Sequence record: OR670491
DNA length: 64,000 bases
From: Escherichia phage vB_EcoM_JNE01
Direction: 5' to 3' (one strand)
Every line of letters begins with the position of its first letter. The stretch's first letter is position 1. The translations under genes were made by a program, and so were the position numbers. The notes under the pieces are model-generated. The model was given only the letters and a program-made list of their open reading frames with translations, was not told the origin of the DNA and made no database searches. This document shows positions 1 to 10,315 of the stretch, piece after piece.

Positions 1-3000
1 TTTGTTCATATATTGAATACGGTCATCGTATGCAGTACTGAATTCTTTAGTGATATATGAAATTTCATCTAAAGAAACTGGGCCAATGTCTGGTAATTGA
101 ATATTCTCACTTCTTCCACTACGCATAGGGAATGAGAATTTACCATTTGGACGTGTAACCCAACGTGGGTCTGCACCTTGTTCACCAAAGTAAACGATGT
201 TATTACCGTTTCCATTTGATGTTGCATGAATATCAAAAGAAACTAGTTGTGGTTGTTGTTTAAACTGATCATTGATTAGTTTAAATTGTAGGTTTTTCTT
301 ACCATCTACGTTACCGTAAGTACCGATTTTAAACGCCCATTCTTGAAGTGCTTTATACTCTTCAGTATCGTAAGACTTAGATACGCGTAATACTTTCTCT
401 AGTACTTGATTCGAACCTTTATCATGAATAAAACCTTTATAGAAATCTACACGGTTAGCATCGCTACCAATCATACGTTGTAGATAATCACGGGTTTGAT
501 ATCCAATAAGGTGGTTCGATAGTTCTTGTAATTGAATATCACTAACAGGAGTTTCGCTGTTGTAATACAATTCAAAATCAGTAACTAATTTTTCAAAGGA
601 AGGTAATGTACCAGCTTCTAGAATGATGAATCCAGGAGCTTGTAGTCTACCAGTCCATGAACCAGTAATGTAACCATACATTTTAATTAGTTCTTGTACG
701 GAACCGAATGTTGGTTGATAGATATAATCACCGAAGATAGTCTGGTCATCGAAAATAACAGCATGTTCATATGAGCATAGACTCAAACGGATTAGTGCCA
801 TACGTTTATCCGAATCATCAGTTGTTCTTACAGTGAAGACGTTACCAATGCGAGATGTTTCAATCTCATATTGACGAATACCTTGGTTTTGATCATCAAG
901 TAGTGACCATACACCACCGCTATTCTGTGCAATTGATTGTACTGAACCAAAATCTGCACCAAATTTAGCATTTGCTGAACTTGGAGTACAAGAAATGTAT
1001 TCACCACTCACAAGAGTACTTTGACTCCATGTTACGAAATCTTTAGCAATAGTATTCCAGTCTTGTTGAGCACCAGAATCGTTTACATCTTCAAAAATCC
1101 AACCATGTTCTTTTAGATACTCACCATAACCACAAATGAAAGTATATACTTCCTGATAAGTGTTGAATACTTTACCATATTCAATTTCACTTTCATTTTT
1201 CCATTCATTGTAATGAGCAACATTACGGGTTCCAATTTTTAGTGATACTTTCTTGCCGTTCTTAACTGGTAATTTATATTTGAATTTAGCACCAACCAAA
1301 TCATAACCATCAATTTGGTATGCACTACCAGTCCATGTAATTTTCACTGCACTAATTACTTCGTCACGAATATTACTGGAACGAACTAGTCCGATAGTTT
1401 GGTTTTCTTGTGAAATCAGACCAAAAGATTTTGCTGTAAATGTTAGTTGGTCAGCTTTAGTGAAGCCACCAATTTTATGTCCCACGTTAACGTAAGAAGA
1501 ACGAACAACATCACCATATTTTGTAGTAATATTTTTATTTTGATAAGCCAAATAGTCACTAACAAACATTTGATAGCCAACGGTTCTGGTATTATTTTCA
1601 CCATGAACTACTGTAGCACTGTCAAAGTTAATTCGTTTACGGGTTTCACCATAAAGGAACTGTGGTTGACCAGTATATACAGAATTTAGACTGTTATTAC
1701 GGGTATCCCAGTAATAGTTTGCGAACTGTGCTGGTTTAGCTTTATACAATAGAAGCATTTGGTCGTAAGCGAACATAGCAGTGTTCATGTAAGTGAATTC
1801 CATGTCACCCATGTCACCATATGACCACGGTTCAGCACGATGATTCAATGAACCACTAACTAGACCTAGAACTTCAGGAGCGATGTACTCAATCTCACAA
1901 ATATCGATACCAGTGCTTGTCTTAGAGCCTGTTTTTGTAATTTTGAACGGTTGTACACCGAAACGTTTGTATTTGTCGTATTGACCTTTACGTGCACCAT
2001 ATAGGATTGTACCAGTACTGCTATCACCAATGGTTCCGTCAACTGACCATAGGCCACTTGGAACATAATCACCATTTTCGTTTAGTACTAGAGCTTCATA
2101 TACAGCAACTGTATCACTTTCACGTTCACCAACCTGTACATATGTTGGTTCATACTCTTGGTTCCACCATGATGGACGTTGAGAGAATCCTAGCATTTCC
2201 CACGGATGGGTTGCTGGACGATATGTACCGTACTGATCAGTGTAAATTGCACGCCATGAACCACGAGCAGGAATATCAGATACATGACCATCAACTACAT
2301 AATTGGTTCCAGTATAGTTCCATGTTTTCCAGTTACTTTGGACATATGCATTAGTACTGTTACTAATACCGTTGGTAGCAGTAAAGTTAATGTATCCACG
2401 CAATAGTAGAGTTTGTTTCTCTGCCATCGTATAATCAGTTGTCTGGAAATACGGGGTTGGGAATAAATCTTCACTACTTAGTACTGGTTGATAATCTACA
2501 TCTTTGAATACGTTATCAATACTATCAAAAATACGAGATTCCAATTCAAACACAACATCATCCATTTTATCAACACCGTTAATTGCACGATATGATTTGG
2601 AAATAATACCAGTGTGGCTGATATTATAGAAGCTTGATTTGCTACCTGGATTTAGGTATGTAGCTTTTTGTGGTGCATAAGCTTGTAGAATACCTAAGAA
2701 TTGTGGTGTTGGTGGAACAAATGTACGAATAAAACCAGAAGTGCTTGCTACGTTGTCATAATAGAATGGGAATGAACTATCACGTCCCATGTTAATAGCA
2801 CTAAAAATTGCATCTACAATATTAGAAGCACTATTAGCAACAAAGCCACTTGGATCTTCGTCATACATACGAATCATTTGTGTATTGAATTTGTTAATGA
2901 AGCGGAAGTATTCTGCTTGCATAAACATGATAGCTTCAAACAAATCGATATCTTCGTTTGCAGTGTGAGCCATCAATGGAAGCATTGAAGCTTCGTTTTG

Positions 3001-4998
3001 AATAATGTGAGTACCGACACCATTATCAACCAACCCAGCAGCTAGACGTTCTTCGTAATCGTTGAAGTCATCAGATGAACCACTTGTAATATTCTTTTGA
3101 ATAATATCCTTGAAATGTAGGGTGTACATTCCTTGGTTGATATAAATGATATTACCGTTGTATGGGTTATTTTGTAAGTTGATTGGAATTTCATATGCAC
3201 CAAGATTCTTATCAGGAGTAATAGTACTGCTATAAGTTCTGATTTGAATAACTGAATCTTCATCTAGTGCAACAGTACTATCGATTGTAATACTTTGAAC
3301 TTGATTTTTGGACACGGTTTTGCTGAAGCTGTTGGTAACTACACCATCAACTGTTAGCTCAATAATGTCATCAGAATTATCAAGTACTTTCTGTGCCAAT
3401 TCAAATGTATGATTGTATTTTACACTTTGAACACCGTCGCCAGTGATAACGTGCCAATCAAGATATGTTTCTTTTTCTGCTTTGTAATATTGGTAAGTGC
3501 GATCCACTTCGATTACATAAGCATACATTCCATCAACTGGTGAACGGAAACTTTCTAGATCGTAAACAGTACTGAATACACGATACATGTCAGTACGGGT
3601 AACTTCTAGAGTTTGTTTAACGAACTGTTTGGAATATTCAGCAGAACGAACCCAGTCAGTTTTTAGGTGCATAGAATTGTCTTCACCGATGACGTTAAAA
3701 TAATACAAACCGTCAATCTCAACTTCTTCACCTAAATGATCATATGTATAACGTTCGGACTGTAGAAAGTTCTCATATGTATAATAGTTGTAATCACCTA
3801 ATTCGATGTTATAACCATATACACCATCAGTTGGATAGTTGTAGTTGATTTTAAATCCAAATAGAGAAGAACCTTTGAAAGTACTGGATGGATAAACGGC
3901 ACTATCGTTTAGTTTATTACCATTGCGATCATATAATTGGAATTGTGGGAAAAAGTTAACTGTAGGTTTGGCTTGTGCTTGAACCCAATGTGCACCATCC
4001 CAATACATTGAACTATTACCATAGGTATTACCTTTAGTAATTAGAACCACGTCACCTTTAATTGGTTCACCACTTGGACGGTCTTCAGTTTCTTCTTCAG
4101 GATCTAATGCTAGACCATATACGCGTGTACCATCTTGTAATTTTTTAATGTATACTTTATAAATTCGGTTATTCTCACCACTGTTACCAATACTGGTGAA
4201 GAGAATGCGTTGACCATCTTGTGGGATAATCCCGTCAATACGAATACCGGAGTTCACATCTTTTTGAACCATATCTTCTGGTTTGATGGTATCAGAGTAC
4301 AAATCAACTGTACCACGGAATTTAGTACCGTAGTTTAGAAGTTCGATATCTTTATTGAACTCGATAATAGGTGCTTTAGCACGAACGAAACGCTCATCCT
4401 GCATTAGATCTTGGGTTAGTACTGTACCATCCCCTAATGTTTCACCTAGAGTGTACCAGAAGTTTTGTAGGGACCATGTGTTGCCGTTAGTAGCATTACG
4501 TTCCATTACAACATAGTCTGGAGTTTGAATATTGTATTCGTTTTGTGTATCCCAAAGATATGAACTGTAGTTGTTCATTTTGTTTGGGTTAATAGCAGGT
4601 GTCCATGCGTAAAACTTACCAGCAAATAGGCGACTTTCATTATCAGTTAGTGCACCGTAATGATTCATGTAGCCAACGAGGTCATCATAAAATTGAATTG
4701 AACGAATACTGCGGTCATCATTTCTTGAGACGTAAGCAGTGGATAACTGATACAGTTGACGTGCAACTGTTGATTCAGCTAGGAAGATGTTACCTTCAGC
4801 GGCGGGAGAACCCATATCACCAATATAGCCGTCAACCAATTCGTTTTCAGCCGGATTAAACCATTGTTGAATGACATCATCACTTACCTTCTGAATGTCT
4901 TCTAGACCTTGCATCCATTCAGGTAATCTTTTGATGAAAAGTTTTTTCTGTACTGCTTCAGCCGTTTGTGTAGGTTGAAACTTAAAATTATTAGTCAT
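1..4998 (-). CDS. Very large virion structural protein (baseplate wedge / tail-fibre module), 3-prime truncated by window edge; more than 1660 codons in window
   Basis: Manual translation of minus strand from ATG at 4998-4996 (GGAG about 9 nt upstream) gives MTNNFKFQPTQTAEAVQKK... with no stop over the several hundred codons I translated; absent from ORF track because stop lies outside window; same operon and orientation as gp6/J-like gene. Confidence 0.6.
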   Translation of the reverse strand, partial: MTNNFKFQPTQTAEAVQKKLFIKRLPEWMQGLEDIQKVSDDVIQQWFNPAENELVDGYIGDMGSPAAEGNIFLAESTVARQLYQLSTAYVSRNDDRSIRSIQFYDDLVGYMNHYGALTDNESRLFAGKFYAWTPAINPNKMNNYSSYLWDTQNEYNIQTPDYVVMERNATNGNTWSLQNFWYTLGETLGDGTVLTQDLMQDERFVRAKAPIIEFNKDIELLNYGTKFRGTVDLYSDTIKPEDMVQKDVNSGIRIDGIIPQDGQRILFTSIGNSGENNRIYKVYIKKLQDGTRVYGLALDPEEETEDRPSGEPIKGDVVLITKGNTYGNSSMYWDGAHWVQAQAKPTVNFFPQFQLYDRNGNKLNDSAVYPSSTFKGSSLFGFKINYNYPTDGVYGYNIELGDYNYYTYENFLQSERYTYDHLGEEVEIDGLYYFNVIGEDNSMHLKTDWVRSAEYSKQFVKQTLEVTRTDMYRVFSTVYDLESFRSPVDGMYAYVIEVDRTYQYYKAEKETYLDWHVITGDGVQSVKYNHTFELAQKVLDNSDDIIELTVDGVVTNSFSKTVSKNQVQSITIDSTVALDEDSVIQIRTYSSTITPDKNLGAYEIPINLQNNPYNGNIIYINQGMYTLHFKDIIQKNITSGSSDDFNDYEERLAAGLVDNGVGTHIIQNEASMLPLMAHTANEDIDLFEAIMFMQAEYFRFINKFNTQMIRMYDEDPSGFVANSASNIVDAIFSAINMGRDSSFPFYYDNVASTSGFIRTFVPPTPQFLGILQAYAPQKATYLNPGSKSSFYNISHTGIISKSYRAINGVDKMDDVVFELESRIFDSIDNVFKDVDYQPVLSSEDLFPTPYFQTTDYTMAEKQTLLLRGYINFTATNGISNSTNAYVQSNWKTWNYTGTNYVVDGHVSDIPARGSWRAIYTDQYGTYRPATHPWEMLGFSQRPSWWNQEYEPTYVQVGERESDTVAVYEALVLNENGDYVPSGLWSVDGTIGDSSTGTILYGARKGQYDKYKRFGVQPFKITKTGSKTSTGIDICEIEYIAPEVLGLVSGSLNHRAEPWSYGDMGDMEFTYMNTAMFAYDQMLLLYKAKPAQFANYYWDTRNNSLNSVYTGQPQFLYGETRKRINFDSATVVHGENNTRTVGYQMFVSDYLAYQNKNITTKYGDVVRSSYVNVGHKIGGFTKADQLTFTAKSFGLISQENQTIGLVRSSNIRDEVISAVKITWTGSAYQIDGYDLVGAKFKYKLPVKNGKKVSLKIGTRNVAHYNEWKNESEIEYGKVFNTYQEVYTFICGYGEYLKEHGWIFEDVNDSGAQQDWNTIAKDFVTWSQSTLVSGEYISCTPSSANAKFGADFGSVQSIAQNSGGVWSLLDDQNQGIRQYEIETSRIGNVFTVRTTDDSDKRMALIRLSLCSYEHAVIFDDQTIFGDYIYQPTFGSVQELIKMYGYITGSWTGRLQAPGFIILEAGTLPSFEKLVTDFELYYNSETPVSDIQLQELSNHLIGYQTRDYLQRMIGSDANRVDFYKGFIHDKGSNQVLEKVLRVSKSYDTEEYKALQEWAFKIGTYGNVDGKKNLQFKLINDQFKQQPQLVSFDIHATSNGNGNNIVYFGEQGADPRWVTRPNGKFSFPMRSGRSENIQLPDIGPVSLDEISYITKEFSTAYDDRIQYMNK

Positions 4999-5045
4999 TG
5001 TTGGACTCCATATAATTCGTTCATTCATTTGATTTATTTATGATA

Positions 5046-5070
5046 TAAAAAAGACGTTCCGAAGAACGCC
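5046..5070 (-). terminator. Rho-independent terminator (minus strand) between gp6-like gene and giant structural gene
   Basis: Minus-strand reading GGCGTTC-TTCG-GAACGTC followed by TTTTTT; UUCG tetraloop. Confidence 0.6.
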
Positions 5071-5079
5071 TTAAATGTA

Positions 5080-8000
5080 TTAAGAACCGATATTAATATT
5101 ACTCTTCGCCAAAGAGTTAACAATTTGTACGTTATCAACGGATGCAGTACTTAGGAAGATTTGGTCAGACCTTGAAGGAATTTCAAAGAGTGAACCAAAT
5201 TTGGAGTTAGGGTTTTTAGCCACAATAACGATAGTACTGATATGTCGTCCCAATTGGGAGTGAATGTAAGTACATAAATCCGTATAATAGAAGCTTTCAC
5301 CGAAATCCCAGTTATCAACGTTAAAGTATTCATTAGTTAATGATATTACATTCTGACGTACTTCATCATCACTCATTGTACTGTTAGGTAATTTGACAAC
5401 TTTAAAGTCTGCTTGATAATCTTCAACAGCACTATTTCCGAATAGTGGTAGATACTCCGCACTATGCCAGATGATACTATCGCTGATTACAATCTTCTCT
5501 TCAACTTCTTTGAAGATATCCTTCAACTCAACAGAGGTTGGTGGCTTAGGTAGGCTACTGGTAGCTCCATTCTTCAACCATACATCAACTTCAGTTTTGT
5601 ATGAGTTGGTTAAAACATACATATCGATTAAGTTCGTTCTACTTGGGTCAATACGGTTATCATCTGGTGCATAGTGCTTCCAATGGAAGTCAACGCTAGT
5701 TCTTGCATCAGTTTTTACTGTGTATTGAGACGTTACATCTATATATCCATAGTAATCTAATTTTTGGTCATCATCAACCGCAGTTCCCATGTTATTTAAT
5801 GCACGATAAAACGCAACTTCAGGTGAAACAGCACTGGCATCATCGCTGGTTGTCATATTGGAAATTAATTGGTTCAAACGGTCGTTATTATTACCAACAG
5901 TTTGTTCAATAAAGTAATATTTACCATCTACTTTAAAAGCAACCAAGAATCCTGAACCTTTACTATACAAACCACTTAGTGTAGTTGAACGAATTTCATT
6001 GTTACGCTGGAATTCATGACGCTTATAAGAGTTAGTTTCTAGAAGTGCCTGATCTACTGTGTAAGCCCATGAAGTATCAAGTAAAGTGAAAGTATCATTT
6101 GGTAATGACAGTACTGAAATGGTAAAATCATCGTTTTCTTGGAAAACTAAGATACCACCGTATTTTAATGCATCTTCACCAGTCCATGTAGGTACGATTT
6201 CATTGAACTTATTGGGTTCCAATGGAATACCATTACTATCAACTGTTTTAGATGTAATTACAACACGAGAGCCATCCAAATACCCATTTTCTTGTTGAAT
6301 TGTATCATAGATTTGGAAATCAATGTTACTAGACAACCCAGCATTGCTGGAACTGGTTGTATTTGAAGAAAGAATCTCAATTTTATCACTTTGAACTGTA
6401 CCACTACTAATATCAGTGATTTTCTTAGATGAAACAAAGTAAAAACGAACCTTATCACCACCAACAAAGATATATTCAACGCCGTTAGCATTAAATTCCC
6501 ATGTTTCAGCAGTATATTTCACATTTACTACAACTTGTGTTGTTACACCATTGTATTGTACGGTTTCTTCATTAGTACTAATCTCGATTGGAACCCATGA
6601 AGTTGTTGCGTTATCATGGATTATAACAAAATCCGTTTTCTTGTCAAGCATTGATGCAATCGCCTGTACTTCTACACTGTTAAAACGTGTACGGTACGGA
6701 AGAATGTAAGATTGTGCTTGCATTGTAGATGAAATCGATGTACTTAGAACATAATAACCATTATCAAGTACGTTTACGATACTAGCCCATACAGTTATAC
6801 CAGTATTTGCAAACTTAATCAAGGTTCCCACTTCATAATTTCCATAAACTGTACCAGATGCACCCAAAATACGACCATATGTGTTGGTTGCGTAGTTGGA
6901 ATTGTATTCAGGTGACCATTTTTGTTGAACTTCGATACCAACAGTGTTAGCTGGATATGCCTGATAACGTTGAATCACAGCATTTTCACCAATTAGTGGC
7001 TGGATGTTATCAACTGCGATACTTGCATTGGTTTTTGTAGTCGGTAAAAGTAATGAAGTGTTGAAAGTATTGTTTTCTTTATACATTGAACCGTCATCAC
7101 TAAACACATCAGTGTTTTGGTACTTACCAGTTGGGTCATTAATGTCAATAAAGCGTGATTGACCACTGTAAATTCGGTTAATTGCTTTTGATTTTAGAAC
7201 AGTGTTACCTAAACTCAATGGAGCAATGTTATAGTCTTCGCCGTTAACGAAACGGTTTTGAGTATAGTACATTTGTGGTGCACGAGCTTTAATTTGTTCA
7301 ATAGTTTCTGCACTTTGTGCTCGGTCTGATTCGTACTGAAGTGTAAATCTAACATCGAGAGTACTGGATTCGTAATTGGATTGTGATTTAGTACGATAAT
7401 TATATTTTACACTCTTATTTTGAATTTCAGAGGTTTTGATATTATATGTTTCACCATTACTAACACGATACCAAACGCGGAATGTACCACGAGGAACTAC
7501 ACCACTACGAGAGTCAGGGAACTTAATAGTAATCTGATCATTATCACGAGTAGTTATTGCAAAGATAGTTTTAAGTTGACGGTCAACGCTGTTGTATGCA
7601 ATACTTTCCATTGAAGGAACTTTAGTCCATTTAGTACGGACAATACCATCTTCGTTAATTTCTTGAACCCAAACGTCAATTTCGTTAATGTTATCTACGT
7701 TAACGTCTTGAATTCGGTTTTCTTCTCTGACATTATACTGATAATCTTGATAAGTCAATGTACCTTGTACAAAATAAACAAAGAAACCAGTGTTTGGTGA
7801 ACTAAAACCATTACCATCGTTCTGATAAACAATGTATTTTTGTTCTTGTGGCTCTGGATGACGTTCTTCAACACCAACTGATGTAATATCAGGGTTAACA
7901 ACTTCAAACGTCATTGATTCACCGTTGACAGTTGCAGAGAATGGCATACTAGGAGCAGTCATTGGTAATGTGTTCATGCGATACAATTGGCGAGATACAC

Positions 8001-8541
8001 CATTGATATCAATACGCTTAACTGGGTTACCAAATTGGTTAGTACTGACGAATGAGCTATTCATTACAAGAATAAAGTTCTCATACCAGTTTGAGTCCAT
8101 TGGGTCATTCCAACGGATGATTTTATCTTTTAATGATTCGTTAAAACTGTTACGTACATCTTGGTTAGTTTTGATTTCAGTTAGTTTTGCTGTTGCACGA
8201 CCTGGATATGAACGGCGTGGAGAATAAGAAATCATTTTAGCAAGTTTTAGTACGGATGCACGACGAGTTGCAGTGTCTAGGAAGTTTTCACGTGTATTAA
8301 GATCCATACGAAACGCTAAGTTCTGCCCCAGCATAGATATTGTATCTAGAATAAAAATAAACTGGTCGTTCTCAATCCAGTCGTTGAAAGAATCTGGATA
8401 TGTAGTACGGAGATAGTCTATCATACTTTGACGAATGGTATCGTAATCAAATGCCGTGAGATTAATTTTATAGAAACTTTCATACACTTGAGTCCAATCC
8501 TCACCACTATATAAATTAGACTGTCTTTTTTGTTGTGACAT
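5080..8541 (-). CDS. Baseplate wedge protein, T4 gp6 / P2 gpJ-like (extended, 1153 aa)
   Basis: N-terminal region (FDYD...RRASVLKLAKMISYSPRR) resembles gp6/J-family N-domain pattern; position directly after gp25/W-like gene as in conserved W-J-I baseplate order. Confidence 0.5.
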   Translation of the reverse strand: MSQQKRQSNLYSGEDWTQVYESFYKINLTAFDYDTIRQSMIDYLRTTYPDSFNDWIENDQFIFILDTISMLGQNLAFRMDLNTRENFLDTATRRASVLKLAKMISYSPRRSYPGRATAKLTEIKTNQDVRNSFNESLKDKIIRWNDPMDSNWYENFILVMNSSFVSTNQFGNPVKRIDINGVSRQLYRMNTLPMTAPSMPFSATVNGESMTFEVVNPDITSVGVEERHPEPQEQKYIVYQNDGNGFSSPNTGFFVYFVQGTLTYQDYQYNVREENRIQDVNVDNINEIDVWVQEINEDGIVRTKWTKVPSMESIAYNSVDRQLKTIFAITTRDNDQITIKFPDSRSGVVPRGTFRVWYRVSNGETYNIKTSEIQNKSVKYNYRTKSQSNYESSTLDVRFTLQYESDRAQSAETIEQIKARAPQMYYTQNRFVNGEDYNIAPLSLGNTVLKSKAINRIYSGQSRFIDINDPTGKYQNTDVFSDDGSMYKENNTFNTSLLLPTTKTNASIAVDNIQPLIGENAVIQRYQAYPANTVGIEVQQKWSPEYNSNYATNTYGRILGASGTVYGNYEVGTLIKFANTGITVWASIVNVLDNGYYVLSTSISSTMQAQSYILPYRTRFNSVEVQAIASMLDKKTDFVIIHDNATTSWVPIEISTNEETVQYNGVTTQVVVNVKYTAETWEFNANGVEYIFVGGDKVRFYFVSSKKITDISSGTVQSDKIEILSSNTTSSSNAGLSSNIDFQIYDTIQQENGYLDGSRVVITSKTVDSNGIPLEPNKFNEIVPTWTGEDALKYGGILVFQENDDFTISVLSLPNDTFTLLDTSWAYTVDQALLETNSYKRHEFQRNNEIRSTTLSGLYSKGSGFLVAFKVDGKYYFIEQTVGNNNDRLNQLISNMTTSDDASAVSPEVAFYRALNNMGTAVDDDQKLDYYGYIDVTSQYTVKTDARTSVDFHWKHYAPDDNRIDPSRTNLIDMYVLTNSYKTEVDVWLKNGATSSLPKPPTSVELKDIFKEVEEKIVISDSIIWHSAEYLPLFGNSAVEDYQADFKVVKLPNSTMSDDEVRQNVISLTNEYFNVDNWDFGESFYYTDLCTYIHSQLGRHISTIVIVAKNPNSKFGSLFEIPSRSDQIFLSTASVDNVQIVNSLAKSNINIGS

Positions 8542-8545
8542 TGTA

Positions 8546-9310
8546 TTAATCCTTTAATATTATGTTAAAATTATCATAAAAGTACCTTTTTAGTACTGAG
8601 ATATGATCCTCATTGTATTTTATACGAAGCAAGTTAATATCATGTTCAGTACAGTACGCGTTTTTAATTTTATCATTGTGTTGAGTTTGTTTTAGTGATT
8701 CATCTCCACCCCAATGTTCTGAACATTGAAAATGCTGTTCACCATCATATTCAATACACAAATTCAAATCTTCAATATAAAAATCAAATGGTAAAGTGAA
8801 TACGTTTCGACAATCAGAAAAACGCTTTTCTTTTACATACTTCATAAAAGATAACATTTTTTCTATATCTGTTACAGCTTTTGATTGAGTTGATTCCATC
8901 ATACACTGCTCACAACCATGCCTACTAGCCAAATGATTATCAGGTCTTTGTAAAAATGACCCATGTATGGGGCATATTATGGATATATGTGTTTTGTTGT
9001 TAATATACTCCGCAGTATTGTAATCAAATTTGTTTTTAAACTTCAAATTAGCTTTTTCACGAAAATTTATAAAGTTTTTTGGACTTTTTTGACGGTTTGC
9101 ATTATATTCTTTTGAACATTTCATGCAACCTTTACCACTAGTATGATCGTTTGGTCTTTGAAGAAAAAAACCATGCTTTTCACACCCAATCCATACCTTT
9201 GTTTTTGCATTATGGTATTTAACCATACTATAATCATATCTAATTCCATGAACTCGTATTGCATTGGTCACAAATTTGTCTTTCGTTGATCTTGTGGTTG
9301 CATATTTCAT
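8546..9310 (-). CDS. Free-standing homing-endonuclease-like protein: two Zn-ribbon modules plus Vsr/DUF559-like PD-(D/E)xK nuclease domain
   Basis: Repeated C-x-x-H-G-x-F-x(7-9)-H-x(4-5)-G-C-x-x-C modules (CEKHGFF...GCMKC; CPIHGSF...GCEQC); C-terminal FDFYIED...IEYDGEQH motif typical of DUF559/Vsr-like endonuclease fold; inserted between gp25-like and gp6-like genes. Confidence 0.5.
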   Translation of the reverse strand: MKYATTRSTKDKFVTNAIRVHGIRYDYSMVKYHNAKTKVWIGCEKHGFFLQRPNDHTSGKGCMKCSKEYNANRQKSPKNFINFREKANLKFKNKFDYNTAEYINNKTHISIICPIHGSFLQRPDNHLASRHGCEQCMMESTQSKAVTDIEKMLSFMKYVKEKRFSDCRNVFTLPFDFYIEDLNLCIEYDGEQHFQCSEHWGGDESLKQTQHNDKIKNAYCTEHDINLLRIKYNEDHISVLKRYFYDNFNIILKD

Positions 9311-9354
9311 ATATCACTCCATGAATTATATAGAAATATTTATCCAAAAAGAAA

Positions 9355-9374
9355 AGCACTCATGAGAGTGCTTT
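9355..9374. terminator. Hairpin with flanking A/T runs between gp25-like gene and endonuclease-like gene (better terminator in minus orientation)
   Basis: GCACTC-atga-GAGTGC stem-loop; minus-strand reading is followed by TTTTCTTTTT. Confidence 0.4.
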
Positions 9375-9379
9375 TGATA

Positions 9380-9775
9380 TTATACAGAAGATACTGAATA
9401 AGTAGCCATTCTATTATTACTTCTAGCATCAAACACAATAGTTAGTTCTTCCAATGTTTCCAGAACCACATAACCAAGTAAAATGCTCATCTGATATCCA
9501 TACTCAATTCTGGAAATTTGAAGTTCTTTTAATTCAAGACGTGGATCTAATCCAATTATTCTTCGGGCATCAGCTTCAAGAAGGTTGATTGTATTGTAAC
9601 CATCCAGTTCGAATAGTAAATCCCATGCAATAAACCCGTAGTCAGCATCAAATGCCCTTTCGCCTTTCTTTGTATTAAAATGATTAATAAGGTCTTGACG
9701 TACCAATTCACTATCGTATAATGTTTGTGTTTTCCCTACTACTGGAGTAGAGAATCCTTTAAAAACTATAGCCAT
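9380..9775 (-). CDS. Baseplate wedge protein gp25 / gpW-like
   Basis: RAFDADYGFIAWDLLFE region parallels T4 gp25 RPFDPEFGCDLSDQLFE; size 131 aa; genomic context. Confidence 0.65.
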   Translation of the reverse strand: MAIVFKGFSTPVVGKTQTLYDSELVRQDLINHFNTKKGERAFDADYGFIAWDLLFELDGYNTINLLEADARRIIGLDPRLELKELQISRIEYGYQMSILLGYVVLETLEELTIVFDARSNNRMATYSVSSV

Positions 9776-9788
9776 AGTGATTCCTTAA

Positions 9789-10277
9789 TTAGACGGACTC
9801 GACAATACGTGCCATTTGTTCCGCTCTGGATGTGGTTTGCTTATACCATGTACTATCACGCATTTCTTTACCAGCAGTTTTATAATCACCACGACCGAGA
9901 GCAGCCATAGCTTTTTTGAAGTTTAAAACTTTTGATTTGCCCATTTGGAAAACCATCAACCACAATACACGTTGTACTTTAACTGGTGCGGTCATACCGA
10001 ATTGGTCATAAATTGATTTAGCGTCATTGTACGCGGATTGAGCATCTTTAATTAATAGAGCATCAGCTTCTGCTTCGGTTAGACCAGATTTGAAATTTTC
10101 ACCAGGACGAACCAAGTGACCATAACCAATTGTATCTAAACCGAGGCTGTCTTTATACACCCAAAATTTGTCATTCTTAAAATAACCCAATTTCTTTTGA
10201 TAAGCAATTGTACCTTCAAATTCTTTAACTTCTTTGAAAAATTGCTCGTCTGTGTTTTTAATTTCCCATTTACTCAT
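9789..10277 (-). CDS. T4-type lysozyme (GH24 muramidase), probable endolysin
   Basis: Motifs TIGYGHL, MVFQMG, WYKQT..RAE match T4 lysozyme catalytic core; 162 aa; own late-type promoter and RBS AGAGGA upstream. Confidence 0.85.
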   Translation of the reverse strand: MSKWEIKNTDEQFFKEVKEFEGTIAYQKKLGYFKNDKFWVYKDSLGLDTIGYGHLVRPGENFKSGLTEAEADALLIKDAQSAYNDAKSIYDQFGMTAPVKVQRVLWLMVFQMGKSKVLNFKKAMAALGRGDYKTAGKEMRDSTWYKQTTSRAEQMARIVESV

Positions 10278-10294
10278 AAAGATTTCCTCTTAAT

Positions 10295-10302
10295 TATTTA
10301 TA
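10295..10302 (-). promoter_or_regulatory. T4-type late promoter element TATAAATA (minus strand) upstream of lysozyme gene
   Basis: Minus-strand TATAAATA about 17 nt upstream of ATG, followed by RBS AGAGGA. Confidence 0.5.
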
Positions 10303-10315
10303 GAAGTAAAAATAT

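Noticed and set aside
1447-4859. Several 60-120 aa ORFs in the first 5 kb (e.g. His-rich 1992-2354)
   Set aside because: All lie within or antisense to the long continuous minus-strand structural ORF; composition atypical for proteins.
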